A stretch of 64,000 nt of DNA from Eledone cirrhosa (lineage: Eukaryota). The first letter of the stretch is position 1. Each line of letters opens with the position of its first letter. Below, one piece after another: positions 14,238-27,029 of the stretch. The notes under the pieces were generated by a model. The model saw only the letters and a list, made by a program, of their open reading frames with translations, made no database searches and was not told where the DNA came from. The DNA is taken from positions 20,708,001-20,772,000 of the forward strand of contig OZ024750.1 of assembly GCA_964016885.1 (NCBI GenBank), written 5' to 3'. A program made the translations under genes and the position numbers.

Positions 14238-14583
14238 CGGCGATGAATTAGTTTTGCGAGGTTTTTTATATGAAATCGTGTGTCGAAACAGATATTGTTA
14301 TATTTGGGGAGGGTCATATTTGCGTAATATTGCCAGAATTAATAACAGAACACACTCACTGTTTGGTTGGTTTTCGCTTCTCGCTGTCTTTTATATATAT
14401 ATATCTGCGATCTAACTTACTCGGTCCTCAATGTTGCCATTGACTGACCGGCGGTCAAAAATAATACAGATACAATATAGACAAACACATATATATATAG
14501 TTTACATAAATCTTTCGTTGCACATCTGCAACATCGTCAGTGGTGTTATATTCATTGTTCCTCCTGTTGTGTTGTATGTCTAC

Positions 14584-14623
<40 letters not shown>

Positions 14624-14960
14624 TAAAAATAGATAGACAGACTGTAAAGATAGACAGACTGAACAAAAAAAATGGCGTAGACATACAACACAACAGGAGG
14701 AACAATGAATATAACACCACTGACGATGTTGCAGATGTGCAACGAAAGATTTATGTAAACTATATATATATGTGTTTGTCTATATTGTATCTGTATTATT
14801 TTTGACCGCCGGTCAGTCAATGGCAACATTGAGGACCGAGTAAGTTAGATCGCAGATATATATATATAAAAGACAGCGAGAAGCGAAAACCAACCAAACA
14901 GTGAGTGTGTTCTGTTATTAATTCTGGCAATATTACGCAAATATGACCCTCCCCAAATAT

Positions 14961-14968
<8 letters not shown>
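14236..14968 (-). mobile_element. Large fold-back element: ~304 bp apparently perfect inverted arms plus a one-sided tail, with a hammerhead-like core in each arm
   Basis: Arms 14292-14595 and 14665-14968 (ORFs 14431+ and 14455- give mirrored peptides); spacer with poly-T; tail 14236-14291; (TA)n on both sides. Diverged copy at 50941-51212 and fragment at 7078-7101. Confidence 0.85.
14714..14756 (+). ncRNA. Hammerhead-like motif (probably degenerate); mirror copy at ~14504-14546 (-)
   Basis: CTGACGA-T-GTTGCA gatg TGCAAC-GAAA with a perfect 6 bp stem II, but poor stems I and III. The same core and stem II occur at 50999-51026 (CTGATGA). Confidence 0.5.
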
Positions 14969-14997
<29 letters not shown>

Positions 14998-15002
<5 letters not shown>

Positions 15003-15146
15003 GTAGTTCCACAACGGTTAGTTCACGATACCGAGTACAAATGTTTCACCTTATTCGAGCTGAGGATCCGAATAAGGTAAAACAATTGTTCTCGGTATGG
15101 TGAACGATGTGCTGTGGAACTACATCTACCAAACTCGTCTCATGGC

Positions 15147-15150
<4 letters not shown>
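14998..15150 (+). mobile_element. Fold-back element with decayed hammerhead
   Basis: Imperfect arms 14998-15057 and 15069-15128. Combining the arms gives CGAG-CTGAGGA-tccgaataaggt-GAAA-CAATTG-TA-CTCG; the right arm carries AAAA and TT mutations. Related sequence at ~37305-37370. Confidence 0.65.
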
Positions 15151-15217
<67 letters not shown>

Positions 15218-15222
<5 letters not shown>

Positions 15223-15407
15223 AACAAGTAAGACCCCGACGGCTGAGCTCAAGCCGTTTCGACGGCTAATTCTGAATTAGCCGTCGAAACGGCTTGAGCT
15301 CAGCCGTCGGGGTCTTACTGGTTCCTATTACCCACTCTACTACCCTAAGTATTGAGTACTTTGGTGCGTTAGGTCCACCTGGTTCCTTACCACATTTCCT
15401 TCGTTAT
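15218..15407 (+). mobile_element. Fold-back element, family B
   Basis: Arms 15218-15272 and 15274-15328 with a 1 nt loop; tail 15329-15407. Contains GAAA-CGGCT tgagctc AGCCG-TC-GGGGTC (hammerhead 3' half). Flanked by (TA)n. Confidence 0.85.
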
Positions 15408-15457
15408 ATATATATGTATATATATGTATATATATATGCATGTATATGTATATATAT

Positions 15458-15555
<98 letters not shown>

Positions 15556-15566
15556 GTATATATAGA

Positions 15567-15963
15567 TGACCCCTTAGCCTTTGTCAAGGCAGAATTCTAG
15601 GAGAAGGAAAACTCTGATATAACACATGCAACCCTGATGGTATCCAATGATGTTGACTTGTTCTTCTTTTTGGTAAATATCATCTTAGTTAAGAGAGTGG
15701 GACTGGCTTTGTGCAGTGCCTTTGCTCACTATAAAAGCTTCACGGCACAGGCATTGCTTTATATCTGGAGATCTCTCTGCACTTGTCGTCACATGGTACC
15801 ATGGGCCCAGCACTATGTGTCAATAATTGTCACAAGTGTAGTGTTTGTACCAGAGTTTTCAAGTCGCTGGCTGGACTAAAAAGTCCCACTCGTTCAGCGC
15901 ATCAGTAGGGGTTCTCCTACATGAATATAAAGTAGTGGCCGTACTCGAAAACGAGTTGGCAGC
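15567..15963 (+). mobile_element. RTE-related element, 5'-truncated copy
   Basis: Near-identical to the reverse complement of 38158-38557. Contains CTAGGAGAAGGAAAACTCTGA, typical of RTE 5' UTRs. Both copies end at GAAAACGAGTTGGCAGCC. Confidence 0.7.
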
Positions 15964-15980
15964 CACCACACCACCATATG

Positions 15981-16015
<35 letters not shown>

Positions 16016-16018
16016 ATA

Positions 16019-16130
<112 letters not shown>

Positions 16131-17150
16131 ATATATATATATACATACCATTGTATGTGAGTGTGTATATCGAAGCGTTTAGACGTTCGAGAGAGACTTC
16201 TTACAAATGTGGGATTGATTATTAGTTGGAAAGAATCTTGATTGTAATTATCCGCTACATAATGGAGCAGTCATCTAATAAAACTCATTATATAAATACC
16301 GTATTAACGATGAAGCCTACATTCTTCCAGATCCTACATTATTTAGGGAGGGTAAATCCTCCAAGTGGTCTACTTAACCTTGGCCAATCATATAAACATT
16401 GTTCTATTGTACTCGCAGATATTAACTCTGCATACATACCTTCTCCAATTACTTGCAGCCTGTTTTCAAATCAAATAGATGTCAGTCACTCTCTTGATAT
16501 AAATCGATATTCTCATTCATGTAGGTGAGCGTGATTACGTGTGCGTGTATATATGTATATATGGGTGTATTTATGTATTCTTTACGGTTATTAACGTTAA
16601 AATAACAAGCGCGATCGTCAAACAGATAAAGTAATATAACCATCACTCATATATTGCCGTTATCATTTCAATAATACTTCTACTATGCTTTGTGTTTACT
16701 TGGGTACGACTATTAATTAAGTACGAAACCATAGGAAAATTAATATAAACACCTTAGAATGATAACGAAAAAACTTTACATTTTGTTCTTATTATTCTCT
16801 ATTTATTCTCTACTTCCATGTAAATACCATTATTCCACTGAACTTTGGCGTTCCATTACTTGTCTGTAAATAATTAATTTTCAAAGCCATATAATTTTTC
16901 CTCTCTATCTTGAAATCGAGTTCTAGTTTTTGTATTTTTCTATGTAACATTTTTTTAAAAATTCTTTAAACAATTTTAGTATTTTTTTTTCTCTATTCCT
17001 TTATTCGGCAATTTTAATTTGGGATTGATTAAAATGTTTTACAACGAGTAATTTTGCATACATATAAAGGCGAAAGGAATGTTATATATATGTGTGTGTG
17101 TGTGTATTTATATATATATGTATGTATATATATATATGTATATATATATG

Positions 17151-17208
<58 letters not shown>

Positions 17209-17222
17209 CATATATTAATGTG

Positions 17223-17289
<67 letters not shown>

Positions 17290-19272
17290 GTGTGTGTGCG
17301 TGTGTGTTCGTATGTATGTAGATATTAATATTAGATTGTCGTGTGAGATAATCGAAGCAGTGTAATCTATTATTAATAACTTGTCGAAATAGACTTCTAC
17401 ATAAAAGTGTCGTAAACAAGACGAAAGAGTAATTTCTGAAATACATTATTCTTTCACAGACAGATTTAATTTAATTTTATATATTAAATATCGACTAACA
17501 GCTAAGCGAAAAAGAAAAACAACAAGCTGATTCTGACTATGAAGATATTAGAGTGGGAATTACCAACTCTCCTAATATGTAAATCTCCACAAGATATGAA
17601 CCGACTCTAAAAATATATCTAATTCTAGATATTGCTGTTTCAGCATATATTTTTAATGCGGATATCGATGGATGATATTCTTCCTCATCTCCTATTAATA
17701 TGCTTCACATTGTGCAGTGGATGTTTCAAAATACTGATGTTAGGGTATGATTATGGTGTTCGCTTTGCACCCAGTCCTTTCCGGTCTCAACCATATGTGT
17801 GACTAATTAGACAAGTGTGTTGTAAATCACGTAACAAAAACATAGACACAGACGAACTTAAGCCCAGATATTGACACAAGCATACGCATATTTCCATATG
17901 TATATACGACACTTTTCTCCATCTCACGGAAAATTCGGCGCAACGACATTAATCTCAGGAACACATAATTGCAGAGTGAACTACTTAACGCAACATTCAA
18001 ACATATATAGAAAACTGAGAAACACACGTTCAGTAAGGAATGTTTCACGCTGCGTCAGTTTGAGGGATAATAATTGAATTTTTCAAAAAATTTATTTTCC
18101 AAATTAATGCCAGCTTTGTTAAATAACAACCTGGCTATTCTTCTATTCAAATTCATTGGAGAAACCTTTTTATTCAATATTATAGTTATATTCCTCTAAG
18201 ATTTGAATTTACCCTGAAGAAATTTACAGTAAACCATATGGCTGATCTTGACAGCATTAGTAAGATTAAATACCAAATAAAGAAAATAATACATCAGGAA
18301 GTTGAAGCATATCGTTATTAGATATAGCTATAGCAAAATAAATATAGAAAATATGAAATTAGAAATCCAGTTTTTTTTTTAGTTTTGAGGGTTTTGTATA
18401 TGTGTGTGTCTATGCGGGTTTGCTATTTGTATCATATATATGTGAAGGGGTTTGCGAATATTTGCTTATGGGCAAATTCCTGATGCAATTGTGTATTTGT
18501 CATAAAGAGGTATGATGGGTCTCTAGTATTTAAAACTCGTAGAGCCACCACCACATCAGGCCAGGTCTGAACTCACTTTCCAGAAAAGAGAGTGAGACAG
18601 AGAGAGGAGGGCCGAAAAGGTTGATGTGAGGTCGAGATATATAGAAAGAAGGATTCTAGTCCTAGAGTGATACTTTCATAACTTCGAAAATATGAAAGGA
18701 AAATTTGACGTCTGCGAGATTTGAACTGTGAGGGCAGAGAGCCTGAACGAAAACTGCGTGGTATATTATCCAGCGTTCTCACGATTCTGACAATACAACA
18801 TCCTAATACATATTTAGTAAAAACAAGAAATAATCAAAATCAGAAATAATATTCTTATTAGTCGCTGTTGTAGAAGAAAATTACAAAATACATTTTCCTT
18901 GGAGTTACGAACTTAATAATGACGTATTCAATTGCTCCAATACACATATGCTGGCGTTATGAATAGATTTTAAATGTTCTGAGCCTAACTCAGAGTCAAA
19001 TTATTTCACGAGAAAATTACGACAGCAAGCAATATTTGTTGAACGCAAGATAGTGATTAATGACTGGAATTTTACGCAGGAAATGACAATTTATAATTTT
19101 ATTCCCTAAAAATGAAACTTTTGGTATTATCTAAAAAAAAAAAGGGGCGTGCATGAATATCAGAGAAGAATATTCAGAAATGCCAATGCGTTCTGGAACA
19201 AACAAGACTACAAACTCACACACACACACACACACTATATATATATAGAGAGAGAGACAGAGAGCGAGTGTA

Positions 19273-19341
<69 letters not shown>

Positions 19342-19345
19342 GAGA

Positions 19346-19389
<44 letters not shown>

Positions 19390-19489
19390 CATTATAAAAC
19401 TAATGCATTTACTGAAAACACTACACGTCCCTACATATATTAGTAGTATACATTAATCAATATATAGAGATATATGCAAGTTTATTTAA

Positions 19490-20160
19490 CAGTCTGCTTG
19501 ATGGCCAACAGAATTTACAATCTTCCCTCCTCTCCCTTCCGTTATGTCATCATAAGTGTCCTCATCTCTTGTGTATTGCTCTCACCAGAGCCTCTCAGTT
19601 AAGTATCGATGTAGATGACAACATCCTTATTCGATTTACTCTTTCTTCTGTGGAGTTCTAGAACACCAGCTGACTCGGCATTTAATCTTCATGCTGTATG
19701 CAATATCTAACGAGTCTCATTATCTGTTGATATTTGTTGTCTGAAATATTCAGGCAATCCTTATGAAGCTTCTGTTTTGTCGTTTGTTCTTTTCAGGACA
19801 TATCTGATGACATACACAGTATAGGTGTTTTCGTATCCATCGTGTTTTTTTCTCAAGGGCTTTCCTGAGTTTCCAGGTTTTTCTTCCGTATAATAAAATG
19901 ATTCTACTGTGAAGATAAATAGTCTTATTTTGATTTACCTTCTTAACTCTGAGGTACATATATACTTTCTGTGCTCTCTGTCCATCCTCCCAGGCATTTA
20001 CAGTTATTTACCACGTTCAAAGCATCACGTAAATACCAGCGTTTGATGGTCGAAAGCATCATTTTTTATCTTTATGGCATTGCCTCGCTTCATTCTTGAT
20101 TCTGAAAAGAACTTCTTCGGACTGGTGCACTTAAAGGTTTTGGCAGGTCATCAGCTAAGT
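19490..20160 (-). mobile_element. Degenerate RTE-clade LINE fragment
   Basis: ORF 19750-19959 ILLYGRKTWKLRKALEKK resembles the RTE motif LLYGSETW.L.K.LEK. Confidence 0.55.
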
Positions 20161-20257
20161 AAAAATATGTTATAAAAATGGCATGTAATCTTCTGCTTCT
20201 CTGTGGATAACGCTGGAATATTATTTCCTGTTTTTGTCATTGAGTATGTACCTGTAA

Positions 20258-20511
20258 ATTGAAGGTGGAAAACTGGGAGACGGCACTTGCCCTGGTGGTC
20301 AGGGTCACCGTGGCTTTTTTTAATGGGCTTTCTCCACGATGGCCCTCGGAAGTCTCCCCCCTATTGAGGAATTTTTCATTGTTCCCTTTTTGTTACATCC
20401 TCTGTTTTTGGTTTTTTTTACACGCAGAAATGCCCATTTGTACCGTCCTTTATTGTCCTGTACTGTCCTTAATGTCTTACTTTGTGTATACCCTTGTGGT
20501 TAATAAAGAAA
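20258..20511 (+). mobile_element. LINE 3' UTR fragment (related to 32240-32590)
   Basis: Pyrimidine-rich UTR ending CCCTTGTGGTTAATAAAGAAA; the other copy ends CCCCTGTGGCTAATAAAGAAA. Confidence 0.45.
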
Positions 20512-20700
20512 GCGGTGGATTGACAGTATCGGTAGAGGGTCGGACGCCATGCTTTCCAGCATAGTTACGCCCCTTTACGATCTGAGTTCAAATCCCGCCG
20601 AAGTTGACTTTGCCTGTCATCCTTACGGGGTCGACAAAATAAAGTACCAGTAATGCACTGGGTAATTGCTGGCCTTGTGCCTAAAGGAGAAACAATTATT
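20511..20700 (+). mobile_element. tRNA-derived SINE, full length
   Basis: gcggtggattgacagtatcggtagagggtcgg...gagttcaaatcccgccga...cttacggggtcgacaaaataaagtaccagt...gaaacaattatt. Confidence 0.9.
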
Positions 20701-20705
20701 ATCAT

Positions 20706-20746
<41 letters not shown>

Positions 20747-20985
20747 TAATATTATTCGATTATATTTATTTCTATTTATTTATATATTTGAATTTAGGAA
20801 TTTCCAAAATGTTATTATATAATTAATTAGAATATTATATATTTTGGAAACACCTCCATTGCTAATACAGCCCTCTACTATACAGATTACAATCTACAAG
20901 ATATGCGCTGGTATATATACATGTTAAACGTAGTTCTTTTTAATTATTTTGCTTATATATTTTTTTATGTGTGTGTGAGAGAGAG

Positions 20986-21020
<35 letters not shown>

Positions 21021-21040
21021 ATATATGTATTTGTGTGGGA

Positions 21041-21086
<46 letters not shown>

Positions 21087-21088
<2 letters not shown>

Positions 21089-21492
21089 GTGGAAAAGTAA
21101 GAAATCGGAGAATAGACCGTTAAAACATGTTTATTTAAAACAGCACCTACGTATGTTTCACCCAGTTGGGCTTCTCAAGGGCATAAATAATCAAAAGTGT
21201 TCCTTGCGAGCAATGAACCTTGACGTGGATTTAACCCAAAAAACTCTTTCCGAGCAATGTAAGGAACACTTTTGATTATTTATGCCCTTGAGAATCCCAA
21301 CTGGGCGAAACATACGTAGGTGCTGTTTTATATAAACATGTTTTAACGGTCTATTCTCCGATTTCTTACTTTCCCCCGTGCTTACGCTCTGCTAATCCTC
21401 TAGCCACTAAACATTAACACTTCGAATATTTAATACTGCCGGCACTAGTATCGAGCACCTTTGGCATACGCTACTTGGCAAATAACTATATG
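21087..21492 (+). mobile_element. Fold-back element, family D, with a hammerhead-variant core
   Basis: Arms ~21087-21207 and ~21259-21379, tail to ~21492 with ATCGAGCACC (21450). Right arm GCC-CTTGAGA-A-TCCCAACTGGGC-GAAA-CATACG-TA-GGT; the left arm gives stem II GCCCA/TGGGT. Confidence 0.75.
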
Positions 21493-21561
21493 TATCACCT
21501 ATCCTCCCCCTTTTTTTTTCTCTCTCTCGATACGTAAATACTGTATATATATATATATATA

Positions 21562-22212
21562 TGATGAAGGACTAACTTTATTCATATGTAACCCATTTGC
21601 AACCTCGCAGCACGTTTGTTCTCATATTCACACATATATTTTCCCCCTCTGTGACCCATCTATTTCGTTCTCACTGCTTCCTCTTTCTCTGTATATTTAC
21701 CCTCTCTAACAGTCACTCTCTCTGTTAGCCTCTTCCTCATCCTTCACTCACTCACTCTCTGCTACTACCTCTCCTACTTCCTCCCGTTTGACCTGTGCGT
21801 AATTCTTTTCTCTCGCACGTTTGGCCAGGCTGGTTCCCCTTTTCTCTCGCTCGTCTACAATTTCACAGAACTTATGTTCACCGAATTCAGGGACTGAACT
21901 CCTTCTGCCTCCCGTTTGACCTGTGCGGAATTCCTTCCTCGCTCACATTTCGATTAGGTTTGATGGTTTTTATTCTCTCTCGTTCACGATTTCACCGAAC
22001 TTATATTCATGGAAATCTGGGACTAGACTCTTTCTTCCTCATTTTTCGTTGCTTTACCATCTTTGTTTGTTTACACTCTCGCTGGTTCCCCTTATTTACG
22101 TGTCCCAACGACTTTCTTTAGCCGTTGCTCGCACCAACGGAGGTATATGGTCTTTAAAGCGATGAAATACCAATGATGGTTGGAAGATCACTGATGAAGG
22201 ACTAACTTTATT

Positions 22213-22214
<2 letters not shown>
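21562..22214 (+). mobile_element. TA-flanked repeat with terminal direct repeat and internal ~128 bp subrepeats (second copy ~27030-27527)
   Basis: GATGAAGGACTAACTTTATT at both ends; CCTCCCGTTTGACCTGTGCG at ~21780 and ~21908; long match to 27130-27485. Confidence 0.7.
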
Positions 22215-22248
<34 letters not shown>

Positions 22249-24326
22249 AGATTGTTTTGTTAATGTGTTATGTATATCTTAGTTATGGAACACAATCCCT
22301 CCTATAATACTTCATTAATTTATCGAAATACATTGAGATTTGTTAGAAATATTTTCATGTAAGGGTTACTGAAAAAGATAATCTGATGGGATATGCAGAG
22401 TGAGAGATAATCATATATAAAGTTAAAACATAAAGAAGTACTTAGGAAAACAGCAGGTAACGGGAAGTGAATATGGTATGTGAAAATAGATTATGATGCA
22501 TAAACATTGTATTACTGCACCGCTAATATAACAAACAACCTTTGTATTTCAATTTATTTTGAAAATGGTAAAGAAGAAGGGAGGATGCAGTAATATAGAC
22601 AATATTTTCATTAGTCAGCTGTTTGAAACATAGGTTATTATTGTTTTTTTAATGTATAATTATGATGGGAGATTCTCATACGGGGATGAACATTTTAAAA
22701 TAGGCAAATGTATATCATATAACTAGAGTGGTTTCAATTGGGTTGGTATCAAATGAGTTTTTTAAGAAACAATGTGTTGCCAGTGAGGTGAATGTTTCAT
22801 ACAGCAGATAATGTTGGCTGCCCTTTGTGGCCACGATCTGAATCCTTTTTTCCTGGGACACATATGAGATATCACGTACTGCCAAGTTTATCGAGTTTGC
22901 CTTCTCCGTATGTTTCGCACATACACTGTACACTTTTTTTTATTATATTTTTTCTATTTGTACAATAAATGCTAACCCCATTGATAGATGAAAAGTCCTA
23001 ACGTTAATGACAGAAAGAAAATTATAAAACCACTTACTTTAATATAAAGAACTAAAATAATAACAACTAAAATAACAACAGTACCAACAACAGGTATGCA
23101 ATATGCAGTGAGGGACTGGTCTACATATATAGAAATGGTGGATATAAAGTGATATAAGGAGAGATATATTTTAACGAATATGTAGAAATGGATTATGAAT
23201 TTTAATGTTTATCGAGAAAAAATAACTTTACAGTGGAATCATCCAGTGTCAATGAACACCACACTGTCACACGCATCCAGTAAATCGAAATGCGGACATT
23301 ACGTCAATAATAGAACCATGTGAAAGGAAATGGCTGATGCAGCGGAGATTGCTGGCTAATCTTCATTGTGATCCGGGAGAATAAAGACTGAGATCTGCTG
23401 TTAAACTAAAAGTGTGTTTTTACATGTTGTTTTGTCTATATGTGGATGTATGATTTTATAGTGCGTGTGTGTATTTGCTTTGTATGTGTGTTTTTGATGT
23501 AATTGTGTGTTGCTCTGCATGTGTAATTTTTCTGTATGTGCGTGTTCTTTTCTAAACATATTTATTACTTTTTTGTTTAATACATAAATAATATATAGTT
23601 AAAAAGATAAGATATCGTAGAACAAATGACAATAAGGCAGAGAGAGTATGCAGTTGCAAGTTTTTTTCATATTTGTAGGATTTGCTGCGTATATGACTTG
23701 TTGCGGGGTGAGTTTCTGTTCATTTAGTGTGTGTGTTGAGGGATGCTTTGTATAGTCTAAAAATAAAAAAAGAACACTTAATAATAAAAATACAAAGACG
23801 ATAAGAGAGCAAGAAGTGGCATGGAGACAATCAAAGATTGATAGACAGACGGGAAGACCGAATAGATAGCTACAAACCACACAGGAAAGATAAGAGAAAA
23901 ACAGAAAGGAGAGTAGTCATATAACTGAGAGGGTTAGGATGGTAAGCAGTGCACGCGCGAGAGAGGGGGGGGGGGATAGAGAGAGAAAAAGAGAGATAGA
24001 CGGAGAGATGGAGGGGAATAGAATGAGGCAGTTATGCGAGAGATAGGGAAAAGATGAGAGAGAGAGAGAGAGAATAATAAAAAAGAGAGAATTTATTATG
24101 AGAGTTAGAAAGTGTGGTGGCGGAGATAACGGTGTAGGAAATGATTAGAGTGAAGAACAGGCTAAGATGAAAGAAGAGTAAACACATGAATGTGAGGGAT
24201 GCATGCAGATTAACAAGCAGACCATTTAAGCGAGATAGGACGCAGCATGGTGAAGTGATTAAGAGGTTTTCTTTGCAATCATTAGTTTCCGGATTCTATA
24301 CGTGAAATGTCATTTTGGGCAAGTTT

Positions 24327-24725
24327 GGATTGGCAGTATCGGTAGAATGTAGGGCAAAATTCTCTGTTGCATAGAGTTACTGCCGTTTAGGTCATTTGTT
24401 CAAATCCCGCCGAGGTTGTCTTTGTCTTTCATCATTACGGGGTGGATAAAATAAAGTACCAGTAATACACAAACGACTTCCCTCTCCTCCAAAATTGTTG
24501 GCCTTGTACCTAAATCAGAAACTATTATTTATTATAAGATTGGCAGTATCGGTAGAGGGTCGAACGCCATGCTTTGACGCATGGAGTTACGGCCCTTCCC
24601 ATTCTGAGTTCAAATCACGCCGAGGTTAACTTTGCCTTTCATCCTTATGGAGTCGATAAAATAAAGTACCAGTAATACACTGGAAAAATGGCTGGTCTTG
24701 TGCCAAAAGTAGAATCAATGATTTA
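24327..24725 (+). mobile_element. Two tandem SINE copies (24327-24530, 24537-24725)
   Basis: Both begin gattggcagtatcggtaga and contain gttcaaatc.cgccgaggtt...gataaaataaagtaccagtaatacac. Confidence 0.9.
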
Positions 24726-25013
24726 CTATAACCTCGAAAAATGTATTGCGAATGAAATTACGTACACAGAAACGGTTTAGGATCCAACCGGATGGACTGG
24801 CTATGTAATTCATAGGATATGGCTTGTCACATATTGTACGCGTGGCTATGGGATGCTCAAACACACGTTCACACCTTGAATAAATAGTACAGTTGATAAG
24901 ACAATTGGAGCACTCGTCGTCGGAAACGTCGGACAACAACCATCGTAAGTGGAGAAGAAGAGGAAGATAGTGGACGACTAACCGATGTAGAGAAAGGATG
25001 AGGGAAATTAATC

Positions 25014-25044
<31 letters not shown>

Positions 25045-25298
25045 TTATTTATACATACCTATATATATTCTTTTATTCTTTTACCTGCTCCAGGCATCCG
25101 GCTGAGGCCATATCAATTCTACTTTTGAAAAGCAGAAGAACTTCGAAACCGGTAAAGGAACCAAATAAATATATATTTAAAAAAAAAAGACCCCAGTTGC
25201 ATTTTTGATTTCATCTTTTTTCCTTATACTTTCACCCTTGTTATTTCACCTCGGTTATTTTTCATTTTGTAAAAAAAAACTCACTTTCTAGTATATAT

Positions 25299-25486
25299 AT
25301 ATAGATGAGATTTTACAGGACTAGAACTGTTTCATTCTTTAGAAATCATCAGAGATTCCTGATGATTTCTAAATAATGAAACAGTTCTAGTCCTGTAGAA
25401 TCTCATCTATATTAAAACTGTTATACTCTGCTATGTATTGAGTACCTTACTTACTGTGGTTACCTCCGACTGAACCCGGAATAACT

Positions 25487-25487
<1 letters not shown>
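25299..25487 (+). mobile_element. Fold-back hammerhead element, family A
   Basis: Arms 25299-25352 and 25359-25412, tail to ~25485 with ATTGAGTACC (25437); TA-flanked; homologous to 2929-3121. Confidence 0.8.
25352..25404 (+). ncRNA. Type I hammerhead ribozyme, family A
   Basis: GAGATTC-CTGATGA(25359)-tttctaaataat-GAAA(25378)-CAG ttctagtc CTG-TA(25396-25397)-GAATCTC. Perfect 7 bp stem I and GUA cleavage triplet; weak stem II. Confidence 0.65.
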
Positions 25488-25537
<50 letters not shown>

Positions 25538-25691
25538 AAACAAAATGAAAACGAAATTTCATTTCTCACTCTTAGTATGGCACTTACTTAAATGTAAGTA
25601 TGCATGTATACGTACATACATATATGTATACAGACGTACAGTAGCATGCACATATATATATATATGTATGTACGTATACATGCATACTTAC

Positions 25692-25766
<75 letters not shown>

Positions 25767-26298
25767 AATATATATATATATCCGGCTGAGGATATATATT
25801 ATATATATATATATATATATAATATAAGTAAAAGTTAGCGAGAATCGAATTTCAACCCATGAAATAAAGAGAAAACACTTTCGAATTGTGAGGAAAGCGC
25901 TCAATAATTCAAATGAATTAGAGCTTACAACTATATATAATATATATATATATCCTCAGCCGGATGGCTGGAACAGGTAAAAGAGTAAAAGAGCGATATA
26001 TATATATATGTGTGTGTGTGGAGAGAGAGAGAGAAAAAAAAATAGAGAGAGAGAGAGACAGAAGGAGAGAGAGAGTGTGTGTGTGAGAGAAAGGCAGAGG
26101 ATGATAAACATCAGAGAGTTGCAAGGAGAGCTCACTGTTGATATTGTCAATTTTCGTACAAAATATTCAAAATGCTTAACTTCTTGCAGCATTTAAAACG
26201 AAATGTTATTTCCTTTTTACCAACTACAATGTTAAGACAAGGTTTCGTTTAGAGGATTAAAAGAATCTACGCTCGCCGTCGAATACATACATATTGAC

Positions 26299-26339
<41 letters not shown>

Positions 26340-26766
26340 ACAAGCATGCATGCGCTCAGACCGTACGCAGCAGTCACGCAAGGAAGCAAGCAGGCTGGCA
26401 GGCAAGCGAGCACACACGCTCACCACTGATATACGCAGTGTCTATAGACACATCACTTACTCAACTCAGTTCACACACGCAAACAGGCATGCAGAGGTGA
26501 ACGCTTCGTACAACACACGTACACAAAAGGAAAGTTCGGTTCGATTGTGGTATATGATGAATGCATTCCACTGCAGTTATTATATTCTTTACTGTTATCA
26601 CTACGCCGGTTCCACAACACCACTTTCACTACACAGAGTTCATGCTGGAGCGCCGTAATCACATTTAAACCAATACTTGTCAATATTTTTTTCTTTCATG
26701 GATTTCTTTGTTGGGGACCGATAATTTAAGAAACATACACACAGATACAAGCATAACCACACACAC

Positions 26767-26819
<53 letters not shown>

Positions 26820-27029
26820 AGAGAGAGAGAGAGAGAGACATACACACACACACAGAAAGACACAAACATACACACATATATAGCTTATATTAAATACCAG
26901 TGACAACAACAGTTCTTTCAGTACGTATATATATACGTGTAAATATACATATTCAAAGAATTGTTGTTTGTTTTCTCTGATATTTAATATATGATTTTAA
27001 GCTCTGCTTATGACATTTCTGCTTTACAA

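Noticed and set aside
14431-14829. Mirror-image ORFs on both strands
   Set aside because: A by-product of the DNA inverted repeat, not sense/antisense genes.
20125-20162. Minus-strand CTGATGA flanked by ACTTA/TAAGT
   Set aside because: Lacks GAAA and stem II and lies in a LINE remnant; likely chance.
22160-22210. Type II hammerhead from GAAATACCAATGATGGTTGGAAGATCACTGATGA (also ~27432-27475)
   Set aside because: No valid UH cleavage site, stem I or stem II could be formed.
25128-25162. TTGAAAAG...C-GAAA-CCGG-TA-AAGG hammerhead-like string
   Set aside because: The 3' half is suggestive, but the core and stem II are too degenerate to call from one copy.
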